A stretch of DNA of 64,000 nucleotides from Fimbriimonadales bacterium. Its GTDB lineage: Bacteria > Armatimonadota > Fimbriimonadia > Fimbriimonadales > JABRVX01. The translations under genes and the position numbers were made by a program. Position 1 is the stretch's first letter. Each line of letters begins with the position of its first letter. The stretch is taken from contig BTVI01000001.1 of NCBI GenBank assembly GCA_045862955.1, positions 94,740-158,739 of the forward strand. The letters run 5' to 3'. Below, one piece after another: positions 17,321-27,789 of this stretch. A model generated the notes under the pieces. That model worked only from the letters and a program-made list of their open reading frames with translations, did no database searches and was not told the DNA's origin.

Positions 17321-18824
17321 CCGAAGCGGTGCCTACGGCTGGAGCCTCAGTGGTCGCGTCCACGGACTCCGCTTCGCCAACGGGCTCTGCTGCCACAGGA
17401 GCTTCGGGAGCCGAAGGATTTTCGACTGCGGGCTCCACTGTGCTCTCTGCCTCCGCAGCGGCTTCGGGAGCGGACGGCACCTCGGCGACCTGCTCAACTT
17501 CTGCCGCAGCATTCTCCTCCGATTCCCGGGTGAGAACATCCCTCAGAGACCCAAGGCGCTCGCCGATCGTCGCACCACCCCTGTGGCTGGTACGACCGTG
17601 TCGTTCGACTTCTTCACGCTCCGCGCGGCGCTCCAGCGCCTTCAGGCTGACCACCATGCGTCGCTCTGGCGCCCGAATTTCTATCACCTGGCACTGGATG
17701 GTCTCGCCCTCTGTGACCAGTTCCGACGGGCGGGCGCCCCGTCTGTGGGTCATCTCGCTAATCGGTAGCCAGGCCTCCACACCCTCGTTGAGCTTTACGA
17801 ACGCTCCGGACTGCACGAGGCGCGACACTGGAACTTCGATGATCTGGCCAACCTTGTATTTGTCCGCGACGATGCTCCACGGATCGGGCTGAACCTGACG
17901 ATAGCCCAGGGAAATCTTGCCGATCTCCGGGTCGAGGCGGAGGACCTTGACCTTGATTTCATCGCCTTCCTTCAGAACCTCGGACGGGTGGTTTATGCGT
18001 GTCCAGGACATCTCGCTCACGTGCAGCAGGCCGTCCACGCCGCCGATATCGACGAAGGCACCGTAGTCCACGATCCTGCGCACCTTGCCGTCCACCACCT
18101 CGCCGACGCGAAGGGAGCTGAAGATGCGCTGCTTCGCCTCTTCGCGTCGCTCCTCTTCTGCCAGCCGGTTAGACAGAACCACCTTACGCCGCTCTCGGTC
18201 GATTTCGAGAATGCGAAGCGGAAGGCTCTGTCCGACGAAGCGCTCGATGTTCCGGAGTTTGCCATTGCCCACGTGGGTCGCCGGGACAAATCCACGGACT
18301 CCAATGTCCACGACGAGGCCACCCTTGACCCGCTCTGTGACCAGTGCGGTAATGATTTCCTGACGCTCGTAGCAGCGCTCGATCTTGATCCACCAGTCCT
18401 CGAAATCCGCCCTCTTCTTCGACAAGACCGGGTTGCCATCGGAACCCTCGGTGTTCAGAACGACCACAGAGATCTCATCGCCCGGTTTCACGACACCCTC
18501 AGCAGTCGGGATGGGCTCGGCGCTCAGCTCGGCAAGCGGGATAATGCCCTCCGTCTTTCCTCCCATGTCCACGAAGACGCGTTCGGGTTCGACATGGACG
18601 ACGATGCCGCGAACCAACTGCCCTTTAGAGAGGCGACGGAAGGACTGGTCGTACTCCTGCCTCAACGTGTCGTCTTGGAGAGCCTCTTCCATAGAGGCAG
18701 GCTCTTCCTCGCCTCTGGAGACGGCCGTACTCGGCTCAGGCTGGGAGGCCCCGGCTGCGGTCGGGATGTCGTCGCCTGGTGTGTCGGTCGGAATACCAGG
18801 CTCAAGTTCCTCGTCAATCATCAC
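17304..18824 (-). CDS. rpsA: 30S ribosomal protein S1 (multiple S1 domains) with acidic/Ala-Pro-rich N- and C-terminal extensions
   Basis: Repeated S1 motifs: GQLVRGIVVHVEPERVFVDMGGKTEGIIPLAELS, GEVVDGKVRRIVDYGAFVDIGGVDGLLHVSEMS and GQIIEVPVSRLVQSGAFVKL. Start is GTG 18824 or ATG 18821. Confidence 0.9.
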   Translation of the reverse strand: MMIDEELEPGIPTDTPGDDIPTAAGASQPEPSTAVSRGEEEPASMEEALQDDTLRQEYDQSFRRLSKGQLVRGIVVHVEPERVFVDMGGKTEGIIPLAELSAEPIPTAEGVVKPGDEISVVVLNTEGSDGNPVLSKKRADFEDWWIKIERCYERQEIITALVTERVKGGLVVDIGVRGFVPATHVGNGKLRNIERFVGQSLPLRILEIDRERRKVVLSNRLAEEERREEAKQRIFSSLRVGEVVDGKVRRIVDYGAFVDIGGVDGLLHVSEMSWTRINHPSEVLKEGDEIKVKVLRLDPEIGKISLGYRQVQPDPWSIVADKYKVGQIIEVPVSRLVQSGAFVKLNEGVEAWLPISEMTHRRGARPSELVTEGETIQCQVIEIRAPERRMVVSLKALERRAEREEVERHGRTSHRGGATIGERLGSLRDVLTRESEENAAAEVEQVAEVPSAPEAAAEAESTVEPAVENPSAPEAPVAAEPVGEAESVDATTEAPAVGTASDETPS

Positions 18825-18896
18825 TGGTCACGCTCCAAAATCGTGCAAAGGACTCGCCAAAACGGGCCCCGCGCACCTCGTCGCACACGGTACGGC

Positions 18897-18925
18897 ATTA
18901 TTGCACATTTGCAGTCTTCCTGCAC
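18897..18925 (-). promoter_or_regulatory. candidate rpsA promoter (GTGCAG-N17-AATAAT with TG)
   Basis: The minus strand reads GTGCAGgaagactgcaaatgTGcAATAAT, about 75 nt upstream of the rpsA start. The -35 resembles that of the operon promoter at 16582..16587. Confidence 0.3.
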
Positions 18926-18981
18926 CCTCGAACCCCGCCAACCACCGAGCAATTCGCGTTTCGGCTTTAGCGATGGCACGG

Positions 18982-18990
18982 TGATACACT
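18982..18990 (+). promoter_or_regulatory. extended -10 box TGaTACACT, 9 nt upstream of ATG 19000 (leaderless-type arrangement)
   Basis: Sequence gTGATACACTttgtccatcATG. No Shine-Dalgarno sequence between the box and the ATG. Confidence 0.4.
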
Positions 18991-18999
18991 TTGTCCATC

Positions 19000-20316
19000 A
19001 TGCGGGTCCAAGACATTATTGTCAAGAAGCGCGACGGCAAGGCAAACACACCCGAAGAACTCGAGGAGCTGGTCGGTGGCTACGTTGCCGGCCGCGTTGC
19101 CGATTACCAGGTCAGCGCGTGGCTGATGGCATCCTATCTCCAGGGGCTTTCTAACCAAGAAACCCTGGCCCTCACTCATATCATGGCCGATAGCGGAGAG
19201 CAACTCGATCTGGCGACGCTCCCCGAGCCACATGTAGACAAGCACTCCACTGGCGGCGTAGGCGACAAAACTTCACTGGTGGTCGTGCCCCTGTTGGCGG
19301 CATGTGGGTGCACGGTTGTAAAGATGTCGGGCCGTGGGCTCGGCATCACCGGAGGCACGGTGGACAAGCTGGAGAGCATCCCCGGCTTTCGCACAGCGCT
19401 GCAGCCGGAGGAGATGCTGCACGTGGCGGGCGCGTGCGGCTGTTGCCTCGCAGGCCAAACGGAGCGCCTAACCCCCGCGGACCGCCTGCTGTACGCGCTG
19501 CGAGACGCCACGGCCACGGTGGGCAGCATCCCGCTGATCACTGCGAGCATCATGTCGAAGAAGCTTGCCGCGGGGGCGGATGTACTGCTCCTAGACGTCA
19601 AGTGCGGCAGCGGCGGCTTCATGCAGACCTTGGACGAAGCGCGAAAGCTGGCCATCTCGCTTCTGGAAGTGGGCAGAGCGGCGGGCAAGCGAGTGGTAGC
19701 GTGCATCACCGATATGGAAGCGCCGCTCGGCCACGCCGTGGGGAATGCGCTCGAGGTGATCGAGGCTATAAATACGCTGCGGGGCGAGGGGCCGCCGCGA
19801 TTTCGGGACTTCTGCCTCGCGCTGACGGCGGAGGCGCTGGTTGCCGCGGGCCGGGCCGAGGATGTGCCGAGTGCGCACGGTCTGGCAAAGCAGCGGCTTT
19901 CCGACGGGTCCGCCCTCGACCGATTCCGCGCCCTCGTGGAGTTGCAGGGAGGCGACCCCAGCATCTGCGACGAGCCCGAAAGCCTGATGGGGAGTCTGCA
20001 CGTCGAGACGGTGCCTGCCCAGGCCGACGGGTACGTCTCGGCCATTCACGCCGGCTCGGTCGGTAGGGCCGTGGTCGAACTCGGCGCGGGGAGGCAGCGG
20101 AGGGAGGACCCGATCGACCCGCAGGTCGGGGTCGTGATGGCGGTCGAAGTCGGGGACCGTGTCGAACGGGACATGCCTCTTGCGAGGGTGTACGCCCGCG
20201 ACCGCCAGGCCGCGGAACGGGCCGTAGCGACCGTGTCGCAGGCCATACGGCTGAGCGCGGAGCCAGTAGCGGCAAGACCCGTTATCTTGGAGAAATTGTC
20301 GCAGCCGGTGGGATAG
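19000..20316 (+). CDS. deoA: pyrimidine-nucleoside / thymidine phosphorylase
   Basis: MRVQDIIVKKRDGK..., the YQVSAWLMA motif, and HVDKHSTGGVGDKTSLVVVPLLAACG (phosphate-binding signature). The ORF-track start at 18991 is TTG; ATG 19000 gives the canonical N-terminus. Confidence 0.88.
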   Translation: MRVQDIIVKKRDGKANTPEELEELVGGYVAGRVADYQVSAWLMASYLQGLSNQETLALTHIMADSGEQLDLATLPEPHVDKHSTGGVGDKTSLVVVPLLAACGCTVVKMSGRGLGITGGTVDKLESIPGFRTALQPEEMLHVAGACGCCLAGQTERLTPADRLLYALRDATATVGSIPLITASIMSKKLAAGADVLLLDVKCGSGGFMQTLDEARKLAISLLEVGRAAGKRVVACITDMEAPLGHAVGNALEVIEAINTLRGEGPPRFRDFCLALTAEALVAAGRAEDVPSAHGLAKQRLSDGSALDRFRALVELQGGDPSICDEPESLMGSLHVETVPAQADGYVSAIHAGSVGRAVVELGAGRQRREDPIDPQVGVVMAVEVGDRVERDMPLARVYARDRQAAERAVATVSQAIRLSAEPVAARPVILEKLSQPVG

Positions 20317-20376
20317 CAGCGCGGCCCAGGTGTCGCAGAACGCGACGTGAAAGCAGCCCGGCACGATCGCGCCAGT

Positions 20377-20751
20377 TCAGACCTCCTCGTCGTCCGCCCT
20401 CCAACCGGGGTCAACGATACACAGGAACTCGAGGGGGCACCCGCCCTCGTTGACGAGCCACTGGGTCGCACCGGGCGGCACCAGGACGGTGTCTCCTGCC
20501 GTCACCGAGGCCTCTTCGCTGCCGACGTGCATCCGACCCTGCCCATGCAGGAAGTAGTAAACCTCTGACGATTCCTTCAGCCGATGCGGCAGGCTCCTCG
20601 CTCCGACGGGAAGGCTTGCCCAAGCTAAGCTGTAGCGAAGGGGCATGCCCTCGTTGGGACCGTGTAGGAGCTCCCGTAGGTGTGTGTGGTCGCCCGCCAG
20701 GATCTCCTGTCGCTGGGACAAGCGTCTTATGTCCAAGCGTCTCACCTCCAT
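20377..20751 (-). CDS. cupin-domain protein
   Basis: Cupin motifs HRLKESSEVYYFLHGQGRMHV and AGDTVLVPPGATQWLVNEG. I use the internal ATG 20751 (MEVRRLD...) because the upstream part of the 230-aa ORF overlaps the opposite-strand ferredoxin gene. TACACT lies 5 nt upstream. Confidence 0.7.
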   Translation of the reverse strand: MEVRRLDIRRLSQRQEILAGDHTHLRELLHGPNEGMPLRYSLAWASLPVGARSLPHRLKESSEVYYFLHGQGRMHVGSEEASVTAGDTVLVPPGATQWLVNEGGCPLEFLCIVDPGWRADDEEV

Positions 20752-20756
20752 GACCC

Positions 20757-20762
20757 AGTGTA
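20757..20762 (-). promoter_or_regulatory. -10-like TACACT, 5 nt upstream of the cupin ATG (leaderless-type)
   Basis: The minus strand reads ggcTACACTgggtcATG. Confidence 0.35.
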
Positions 20763-20818
20763 GCCGCACGAGCCGGTCCTTCGATGGTACGATGCGCGCA
20801 CGAAGGAGGTCACATCGG

Positions 20819-21136
20819 GTGCCAAAGCTGCGAATCGAGAGTTTCGGTGAGTTCGAGGTCGAGTCGGGAAAGAAGCTGGTGCTGGCTATCGAGGACTCGG
20901 GTGTGGACATCTCGCATCGCTGTGGCGGGAAGGCGAAATGCACCACATGCCGAGTGCGCTTCCACAGCCCGGAGCCGCCGATGGGAGAGGTGGAGCGCCA
21001 GTGTCTCGAAGAGGACGGGGTGCTCGGCGAGTTTCGCCTGTCGTGCCAGAACCGAGTCACGGACGACATGCACGTAGAGGTGTTGATGCGCGCCAGCGAG
21101 CAGGGATGGGAACCCGGCCCGCGGCCGGAAGACTAG
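20819..21136 (+). CDS. 2Fe-2S ferredoxin-like protein
   Basis: Cys pattern ISHRCGGKAKCTTCRV ... FRLSCQ. GTG at 20819 is preceded by AAGGAGG (20803..20809) at 9-nt spacing and gives MPKLRIESFGEF.... The in-frame alternative ATG at 20792 lacks an SD. Confidence 0.7.
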   Translation: MPKLRIESFGEFEVESGKKLVLAIEDSGVDISHRCGGKAKCTTCRVRFHSPEPPMGEVERQCLEEDGVLGEFRLSCQNRVTDDMHVEVLMRASEQGWEPGPRPED

Positions 21137-21149
21137 CGGTCGCTAGGCT

Positions 21150-21926
21150 CTAGTCCTGCTGCGTGGGAGGCTGGGTGCTGAGTCTCTGCTCTAGCTCGGC
21201 CAGCTCTGCCTCGACATCCTGCTGAACGGACGAGGGGATCTGCTGCGTCGTTGGCGCGGGACCTGCCAGACCCATCCGCTGCTCGAGTTCCTGCAGTTCC
21301 TTCTCCGCTGCTGCGTCCATCGTCTGGTCTTCGAGCTCGAGCATCTTGCCTTGCAGACTGGAAGCCATCATCTCTTGTCGTGCGGCAGCTTCCGATTCTG
21401 CATGGCGAATTTTCTCTGCCGCGACGCTCCAGTCTTGCTCGGTGGTCTCGAAGGTCAGGCTCTCCATGGCCTTGTTGATCTCTTTGGTAATCTGTGCCTG
21501 CTTCCATCGAGCCTTCAGTGCCAGCATCTCGGCATACTTGGCCTTGACCTGCTCCTCCTGACGCCGCATCGCCACCTTGATGGCTTCCACGGTCTCGGTC
21601 GCTTGGGCAAGTGAGGCCTTCAGACCCTCGAGTGTCTGCTCGAGATGCGCCTTCTCACGAAGGAGCTGGCGCGCGAGGTCGCGGTTTCCCTGCCGCAGCG
21701 CCTGTTCGGCGTTGGCCTGCAGAGCGGCGATGCGTCGGGTGTGGTCATCCACCAGATGCTGCAGGTTGTTCTTCTGCGTGATAGCCTGGATGGCTCGCTC
21801 TCGGTTCGAGGCGAGGTTCTCACGCATTTCGCGGCGGGCCTGGTCGAGCAGGATCTCGGGATCCTCCAGCCGGTCCATGGTTCGGTTGAATAGCGCCTTT
21901 ATGTAGTTCCAGAGACGACGAAACAT
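21150..21926 (-). CDS. pspA: PspA/IM30 (phage shock protein A / Vipp1) family protein
   Basis: MFRRLWNYIKALFNRTMDRLEDPEILLDQARREMRENL... followed by a long coiled-coil, characteristic of the family. GGAGG SD upstream. Confidence 0.85.
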   Translation of the reverse strand: MFRRLWNYIKALFNRTMDRLEDPEILLDQARREMRENLASNRERAIQAITQKNNLQHLVDDHTRRIAALQANAEQALRQGNRDLARQLLREKAHLEQTLEGLKASLAQATETVEAIKVAMRRQEEQVKAKYAEMLALKARWKQAQITKEINKAMESLTFETTEQDWSVAAEKIRHAESEAAARQEMMASSLQGKMLELEDQTMDAAAEKELQELEQRMGLAGPAPTTQQIPSSVQQDVEAELAELEQRLSTQPPTQQD

Positions 21927-22060
21927 TCGCTAGCCTCCACACCCGAAGCACCTCCGGGCGGCGTCGGGCAGGTTTCGACGGCAAGTTTGGCACATATTGC
22001 CCGACGACGGGGAGGTAAGTAGGCGATCCACCGCGAAACGTACTCGGGCGGGCGTTTCGG

Positions 22061-22066
22061 TACAAT
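22061..22066 (+). promoter_or_regulatory. -10 box TACAAT, 8 nt upstream of ATG 22075 (leaderless-type)
   Basis: Sequence cggTACAATccgtccgcATG, with no SD. Confidence 0.4.
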
Positions 22067-22074
22067 CCGTCCGC

Positions 22075-22824
22075 ATGTCCACCCACGCTTCGTTTACGCG
22101 AATAGCCCCCCATTACGACACTCTGATGCGGGGGGTGCCCTATCGCATGTGGGTCAGCTACTTCGAGCTGCTCTGCGAGATGGTGGGTCACAAGCCGAAG
22201 AGGGTGCTCGATGCATGCTGCGGCACGGGCACCGTCTGCCGCCTGCTCGCCGCAAAGGGGTTGAGCGTCACGGGAGTCGACAAATCCTCCGCGATGATCC
22301 TGGCTGCGAAGGAGAAGGCTGAGACGACCGGGCTGGACATCACCTTCTACGCCCAGGATCTCGCCGAGATGAACCTACCAGAGACCTTCGATACGGCGCT
22401 CAGCTTCTTCGACAGTCTGAACTACATTACCGAGCCCGAGAGGCTCCGTGCCGCGCTTCAGCGCATCGCAGCGCACTTGGAGCCGGACGGCCTGCTCGTG
22501 TTCGACCTGAACACCGAATACGCGTTCGTAAGCAAGCTGTTCGACCAAGAGGTGCTGACAAAGGGGGCACCCGTACGATACAAGTGGCGCAGCAGCTATG
22601 ACGAGGCAACGAAGTTGTGTACCGTACGGATGGAGTTCTGGACCGAAGACCCGCCCGAGAGCTTCACAGAGGTCCACGTACAACGCGCGCACTCATCGGA
22701 AGAGATTCGGTCCTGGCTGAAAGAAGCCGGATTCGGGGACATTCGGGCCTACCACAGCTACTCGCTGGAGCGTCCCAGACCTACCAGTGATCGGGTCCAC
22801 TATATGGCTAGGCGTATGCGCTGA
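22075..22824 (+). CDS. class I SAM-dependent methyltransferase
   Basis: Motif I VLDACCGTGTVCRLLAAKGLSVTGVDKSSAMI. Start set at ATG 22075 (MSTHASFTRIAPHYDTLM), rather than the ORF-track start at 21997. Confidence 0.8.
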   Translation: MSTHASFTRIAPHYDTLMRGVPYRMWVSYFELLCEMVGHKPKRVLDACCGTGTVCRLLAAKGLSVTGVDKSSAMILAAKEKAETTGLDITFYAQDLAEMNLPETFDTALSFFDSLNYITEPERLRAALQRIAAHLEPDGLLVFDLNTEYAFVSKLFDQEVLTKGAPVRYKWRSSYDEATKLCTVRMEFWTEDPPESFTEVHVQRAHSSEEIRSWLKEAGFGDIRAYHSYSLERPRPTSDRVHYMARRMR

Positions 22825-23221
22825 GAACCTGTCTCATGGCCGACGCGAGTGCCCCGTCGGCAATCGGCTCCGGCTCTCCCTGCGCCAGCGAGCGCACTGC
22901 GTCCGCCCCCGAAATCTCGCCGCGGGCCAGCCTCCCAAGTATGTCGTGAGCCTCTTGCCTGCTAGCCACCAGGGTTAGCCCGTTGACTTTGAGAAGGCAC
23001 AAGGTCGCAACGAGTGCCGTGATCTCATTGCCTTCGTCGAACGGCTGCCGGCGAAGCAGCCCCTCGAAGAAGCGTCCTGCATCCCGGTAGACCTCTGGCT
23101 CTCGCTTGTAGGCGTACTGATAGCCGACGCACTCCTCGAGGTCCATTACCCGAAACCCGACGACTCGCTTCAGCAGCTGGGAGTTGATCCAGAGAAGGTC
23201 CTGATTGGTTAGATATTTCAC
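22808..23221 (-). CDS. Doc/Fic-family protein with degenerate active-site motif, no adjacent antitoxin
   Basis: Alignable by eye with P1 Doc: FFEGLLRRQPFDEGNEITALVATLCLLKVNGLTLV versus Doc ...ARGHIFNDANKRTALNSALLFLRRNGVQV, and LARGEISGADAVRSL versus AATGEISVSSVADTL. GTG start. The 3' end overlaps the methyltransferase gene convergently by 17 nt. Confidence 0.6.
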   Translation of the reverse strand: MKYLTNQDLLWINSQLLKRVVGFRVMDLEECVGYQYAYKREPEVYRDAGRFFEGLLRRQPFDEGNEITALVATLCLLKVNGLTLVASRQEAHDILGRLARGEISGADAVRSLAQGEPEPIADGALASAMRQVLSAYA

Positions 23222-23359
23222 GCGTCCCTACCTGCAGCCTCGTCCATGACACCTGCAAAGTACCCGTGAGGGCCACTAGCTCGCAAGTTCCCGGCAGGAC
23301 GGGCGGCGACTAGGACGAATCGGACTACCGCTCGCGCGATGCGGGCAGGAGGACCGAAC

Positions 23360-25042
23360 ATGGCCAAGCTGCGCTTCGACCGTTACTATCGCTACGCCGA
23401 CATCACCCGCTTCCTCAAGCAGTTCTCTCAACAGCGGCCGGACATCTTCCGGTACGAGTCGATCGGCAAGAGCTACGAAGGCCGCGATATCTGGCTGTGC
23501 ACGATTACGCGCTTCAAGACTGGGCCGGACACGGAGAAGCCCGCGATGTGGGTGGACGGAAACATTCACGCCTCCGAGGTATCGGCGTCGTCGGCCTGCC
23601 TTTACCTCATTCACAAGCTGCTCACCGAAGACCCGAAGAACGAGTCGATTCGGTCGTTGCTGGACAACCGAGTCTTCTATGTTTGTCCCCGGTTGAACCC
23701 GGACGGAGCAGAGTGGGCACTAGCCGACAAGCCGAAGATCATCCGTTCTAGCACCCGCCCATGGCCCTACGACGAGGACCCCATCGAAGGTCTGATCCGA
23801 GAGGATATGGACGGCGACGGGCGCATGCTTCAGATGCGAATCCCCGACCCGAACGGTTCGTGGAAGCCGCATCCCGATTACCCGAAATTGCTGGTGCCCC
23901 GTGCGCCGGACGAGACGGGTGGCACCTACTACCGTCTTCTCCCAGAAGGCAGAATCGAGAACTACGACGGATTCCTGATCCCCATGGCTCGGACCAAAGA
24001 GGGGCTAGACCTCAATCGCAACTACCCCGTCGGGTGGCGGTTGGAAGGCGAGCAGCACGGCGCGGGGCCGTTCCCCACTTCGGAGCCGGAGATTCGAGCA
24101 CAGGTGGACTTCATCTGCAAACATCCTAACATCACGGGCGCCGTCTGCTTTCACACCTTCAGCGGGGTGCTGCTGCGACCCCCGAGTAGGTTTGCGGAGG
24201 ACGAGCTGCCCGCTGAAGACGTATGGAACTATAAGACCATCGGCGCGAAGGGTACGGAGATCACGGGCTATCCGGCGATATCCGTATACCACGAGTTCCG
24301 CTACCACCCCAAGGAGATTATCACCGGTGTGTTCGATGATTGGATGTACGAGCACCGCGGCGTACATGCATGGACCGTGGAGATATGGAGCCCTCAGCGA
24401 CAGGCAGGGATAAGCGAGTACAAGTATATAGACTGGTACCGGGAGCACCCCGTGGAAGACGACATCAAGATGCTGGAATGGTCGGAGAAGGTGCTGAAGG
24501 GCAAGGGCTACATCGAGTGGTACCCATTCGAACACCCGCAGTTAGGGAAGGTGGAGCTAGGTGGCTGGGATGTCGCTTACTGCTGGCGTAACCCACCCCC
24601 TCATCTGTTGGAAAAAGAGATCGCGCCTTTCGCCGACTGGCTGATGTTCCACTTGCGGATTGCGCCCAAGCTGGAGATCATCTCCAGCAGCGCGAAGGCG
24701 ATTGGCCAAGGTGCGTATCGCGTCGAGCTAGTGCTGCAGAACACGGGCTGGCTGCCCACCTACGTCACCAAGAAAGCGCTGAATAACAAGCTGGTGCGAC
24801 CGATAGTCACCGAGATCGAGCTGCCACGTGGAGCCACACTCGAAACCGGCAAAGTGCGCGAGGAGCATGCGCAACTCGAGGGAAGGTGCTATCGTGGTGC
24901 TGCTGGCGTGTGGTCTGCAGACAGCACCGACGATAGGCTGCGACTCCTGTGGACGATTCGTGCCCCGCGTGGTGGTACCGTAAAGATCACCGCACGCCAC
25001 GAACGCGCCGGCACCGTGCGCTCAACCTTGCGACTGCAGTAG
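23360..25042 (+). CDS. M14-family zinc metallocarboxypeptidase
   Basis: [20 protein letters not shown] (HxxE zinc ligands), [16 protein letters not shown] (third ligand) and AWTVEIW (catalytic Glu). AGGAGG lies 7 nt before ATG 23360. Confidence 0.8.
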   Translation: MAKLRFDRYYRYADITRFLKQFSQQRPDIFRYESIGKSYEGRDIWLCTITRFKTGPDTEKPAMWVDGNIHASEVSASSACLYLIHKLLTEDPKNESIRSLLDNRVFYVCPRLNPDGAEWALADKPKIIRSSTRPWPYDEDPIEGLIREDMDGDGRMLQMRIPDPNGSWKPHPDYPKLLVPRAPDETGGTYYRLLPEGRIENYDGFLIPMARTKEGLDLNRNYPVGWRLEGEQHGAGPFPTSEPEIRAQVDFICKHPNITGAVCFHTFSGVLLRPPSRFAEDELPAEDVWNYKTIGAKGTEITGYPAISVYHEFRYHPKEIITGVFDDWMYEHRGVHAWTVEIWSPQRQAGISEYKYIDWYREHPVEDDIKMLEWSEKVLKGKGYIEWYPFEHPQLGKVELGGWDVAYCWRNPPPHLLEKEIAPFADWLMFHLRIAPKLEIISSSAKAIGQGAYRVELVLQNTGWLPTYVTKKALNNKLVRPIVTEIELPRGATLETGKVREEHAQLEGRCYRGAAGVWSADSTDDRLRLLWTIRAPRGGTVKITARHERAGTVRSTLRLQ

Positions 25043-27703
25043 CGAACGAACTACGAACTGCAAGATGCCTCCGTGGCGGTAGTACTCGAGCTCGCGGGGA
25101 GTGTCGATTCGCGCCTCGACATCGAATCGCTGCCACCGGGTACCCTCCTGGGCGGATACCTGCAACCGACGCCCGCCAGCAAACCCGGAGGCGACAGCGT
25201 TAGACAGTCCGAGCACGTCGAAGTGCTCGCTACCCGTCAGGCCCAGGCTCTCTGCACTCTCGCCTGGCAGGAACTGAAGTGGCAAGATCCCCATGCCGAT
25301 CAGATTCGAGCGATGGATGCGCTCGAAGCTCTCCGCTATGACCGCTCTGACACCTTGCAGATACGGCCCCTTTGCCGCCCAATCGCGGCTCGATCCGGAA
25401 CCGTACTCCTTGCCCGCTAGTACTATGAGGGGTGTTCCATCCTGTTGGTAGCGGACGGACGCATCGTAGATGCTCATCACCTCGCCGGTCGGCAGATAGG
25501 TGGTTACACCCCCCTCCACGCCAGGGACTAGCTTGTTCCTTATCCGCACATTCGCGAATGTTCCGCGTACCATCACCTCGTGATTGCCGCGCCGCGAGCC
25601 GTAGGAGTTGAAGTCTTGCCACTGCACCCCGTGCTCGAGCAGGTAACGTCCCGCAGGCGAGTCTTTCTTGATGCTCCCTGCCGGGGATATGTGATCGGTC
25701 GTGATGCTGTCACCCAGATACGCGAGAACGCGAGCGCCTCGGATGTCGGAAGCCGCATCAGGCGGATCGGCGGGCATCCCGTCGAAGTACGGCGGCCTGC
25801 GCACGTAGGTGGATTCTGGCTGCCACTGAAAACGTTCCGAGCGCGCTACGCTAATCAACTCCCAGTTCTCATCGCCGCGAAAGACGTCCTTGTAGTTGCT
25901 CTCGAACATCTCGGACCGAATGCACTGCTCGACTGCAGAGGCGACCTCGGCGTTGGTAGGCCACAGGTCTTTCAGGTACACGGGCACTCCCGATGCGTCC
26001 AGCGTGAGCGGCTCGGACGTGAGATCGAGATCGATTCGTCCGGCGATGGCATACGCTACAACGAGTGGCGGTGACATGAGATAGTTCGCCCTCACTTCCG
26101 AATGCACACGCCCCTCGAAGTTGCGATTGCCGGAAAGCACGGAGCACACGACGAGGCTACCTTCCTCGATTTCCCGTGACACCTCTTCGGGCAGCGGGCC
26201 CGAGTTACCGATGCATGTCGTACATCCGTAGCCTACCGTGTGGAAGCCGAGCTGCTCCAAGTAGGGGGTGAGACCAGCCCGATCGAGGTAGCTGGTAACC
26301 ACCCGCGAGCCGGGCGCAAGAGAGGTCTTGACCCATGGCTTGCGTGTCAAGCCGCGCTGCACGGCTTTCTTTGCCAGCAAGCCCGCTGCCAGCATGACGG
26401 CGGGATTCGACGTATTCGTGCAGCTCGTAATCGCCGCGATCACCACGTTCCCGTGTGTCAGTGTCCCTGCGCCAGCGGGCTCTTTGCCGTTGGGTCCGCG
26501 CAGGTCCGGCAAGGCCTCTGAGAACGATTGGCCGACGCGGCCGAGTGGCACGCGATCCTGCGGCCTTCGAGGGCCTGCCACGCTGCTCTCTACCCGAGAG
26601 AGGTCCAGCTCCAGCACCGCGGTGCACTCGGGATCAGGGGTGCTTCGGTCTCGGAAGAGGCCCTGCTCCTTGGCGTACGCCTCGATCCTTTCGACGAGCT
26701 CGGGGGGACGTCCCGTCTGTCTCAGGTATCGTAAGGTTTCGTCATCCAGGGGGAACATCGCACATGTGGCGCCATATTCGGGACACATGTTGCTGATGGT
26801 AGCTCTATCCGCTACGGGCAGGCCGTCCAACCCGGGGCCGAAGAACTCCACGAACTTCCCTACCACCCCGTGGGCGCGCAGCATCTGGGTGACTGTCAGA
26901 ACGAGATCGGTGGCGGTGACACCTTCCGAGAGCGCCCCGGTGACACGCACCCCCACGACTTGGGGTACCAAGATGGATACCGGCTGCCCGAGCATCGCTG
27001 CTTCCGCCTCGATCCCTCCTACACCCCAACCCAACACTCCCAGGCCGTTGATCATGGTAGTGTGCGAGTCGGTTCCTACCAGCGTATCCGGGTACGCCAG
27101 GCGCTCACCGTCAGCATCTTCCACGAACACCACCCGCGCGAGATACTCGAGGTTCACTTGATGCACGATGCCCGTGTTCGGTGGTACGACACGAAAGTTG
27201 CGGAACGCACTCTGCCCCCACTTCAGAAAAGCGTATCGCTCACGATTCCTCTCGAACTCCTTCGCGACATTCAAGCGGTTCGCCTCGGGGGTGCCGAACA
27301 CGTCCACTTGCACGGAATGGTCGATAACCAGTTCCACCGGCTGCTGGGGGTTCACTCGGGAAGCATCCCCACCCATCTCGGCAACCGCGTCACGCATCGC
27401 CGCCAGGTCTACGAGGCACGGTACTCCGGTGAAGTCCTGCAACACGACACGGGCCGGCACGAAGGCGATCTCTTGCGTCGGCTCCGAGGCGGGGTCCCAG
27501 TTGGCCAGGGCAAGCACGTGCTCGGGAGTGACGGTCACGCCGTCCTCACGCCGCAGCAGGTTTTCGAGCAGCACGCGCAGCGAGAACGGCAACCTAGATA
27601 GCCGAATGCCCTGCCGCTCGAGTGCGTCGAGGCGGTAGATGGTGTAGGAATCGTCACCGAGCCGCACCGATGCTCGGGCGCCGAAGCTGTTATTCATGAA
27701 CAT
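25022..27703 (-). CDS. acnA: aconitate hydratase A
   Basis: 893 aa. N-terminus ...[31 protein letters not shown]. Also [35 protein letters not shown] and CTTCIGNSG (Fe-S cluster Cys motifs). Confidence 0.93.
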   Translation of the reverse strand: MFMNNSFGARASVRLGDDSYTIYRLDALERQGIRLSRLPFSLRVLLENLLRREDGVTVTPEHVLALANWDPASEPTQEIAFVPARVVLQDFTGVPCLVDLAAMRDAVAEMGGDASRVNPQQPVELVIDHSVQVDVFGTPEANRLNVAKEFERNRERYAFLKWGQSAFRNFRVVPPNTGIVHQVNLEYLARVVFVEDADGERLAYPDTLVGTDSHTTMINGLGVLGWGVGGIEAEAAMLGQPVSILVPQVVGVRVTGALSEGVTATDLVLTVTQMLRAHGVVGKFVEFFGPGLDGLPVADRATISNMCPEYGATCAMFPLDDETLRYLRQTGRPPELVERIEAYAKEQGLFRDRSTPDPECTAVLELDLSRVESSVAGPRRPQDRVPLGRVGQSFSEALPDLRGPNGKEPAGAGTLTHGNVVIAAITSCTNTSNPAVMLAAGLLAKKAVQRGLTRKPWVKTSLAPGSRVVTSYLDRAGLTPYLEQLGFHTVGYGCTTCIGNSGPLPEEVSREIEEGSLVVCSVLSGNRNFEGRVHSEVRANYLMSPPLVVAYAIAGRIDLDLTSEPLTLDASGVPVYLKDLWPTNAEVASAVEQCIRSEMFESNYKDVFRGDENWELISVARSERFQWQPESTYVRRPPYFDGMPADPPDAASDIRGARVLAYLGDSITTDHISPAGSIKKDSPAGRYLLEHGVQWQDFNSYGSRRGNHEVMVRGTFANVRIRNKLVPGVEGGVTTYLPTGEVMSIYDASVRYQQDGTPLIVLAGKEYGSGSSRDWAAKGPYLQGVRAVIAESFERIHRSNLIGMGILPLQFLPGESAESLGLTGSEHFDVLGLSNAVASGFAGGRRLQVSAQEGTRWQRFDVEARIDTPRELEYYRHGGILQFVVRSLLQSQG

Positions 27704-27789
27704 CCCCCGATGAGCCGTGGTACGACCCTAGTCTACCTTCAGGCGCGGGGGCAACAGGAGGAGGCTGGCTCACGGGGAACCTAGAGACC

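Noticed and set aside
20752-21069. Upstream 106 codons of the 230-aa minus-strand ORF (long cupin)
   Set aside because: This part overlaps the plus-strand 2Fe-2S ferredoxin gene, which has a clear Cys motif and SD. The cupin fold begins after ATG 20751, which has its own TACACT box.
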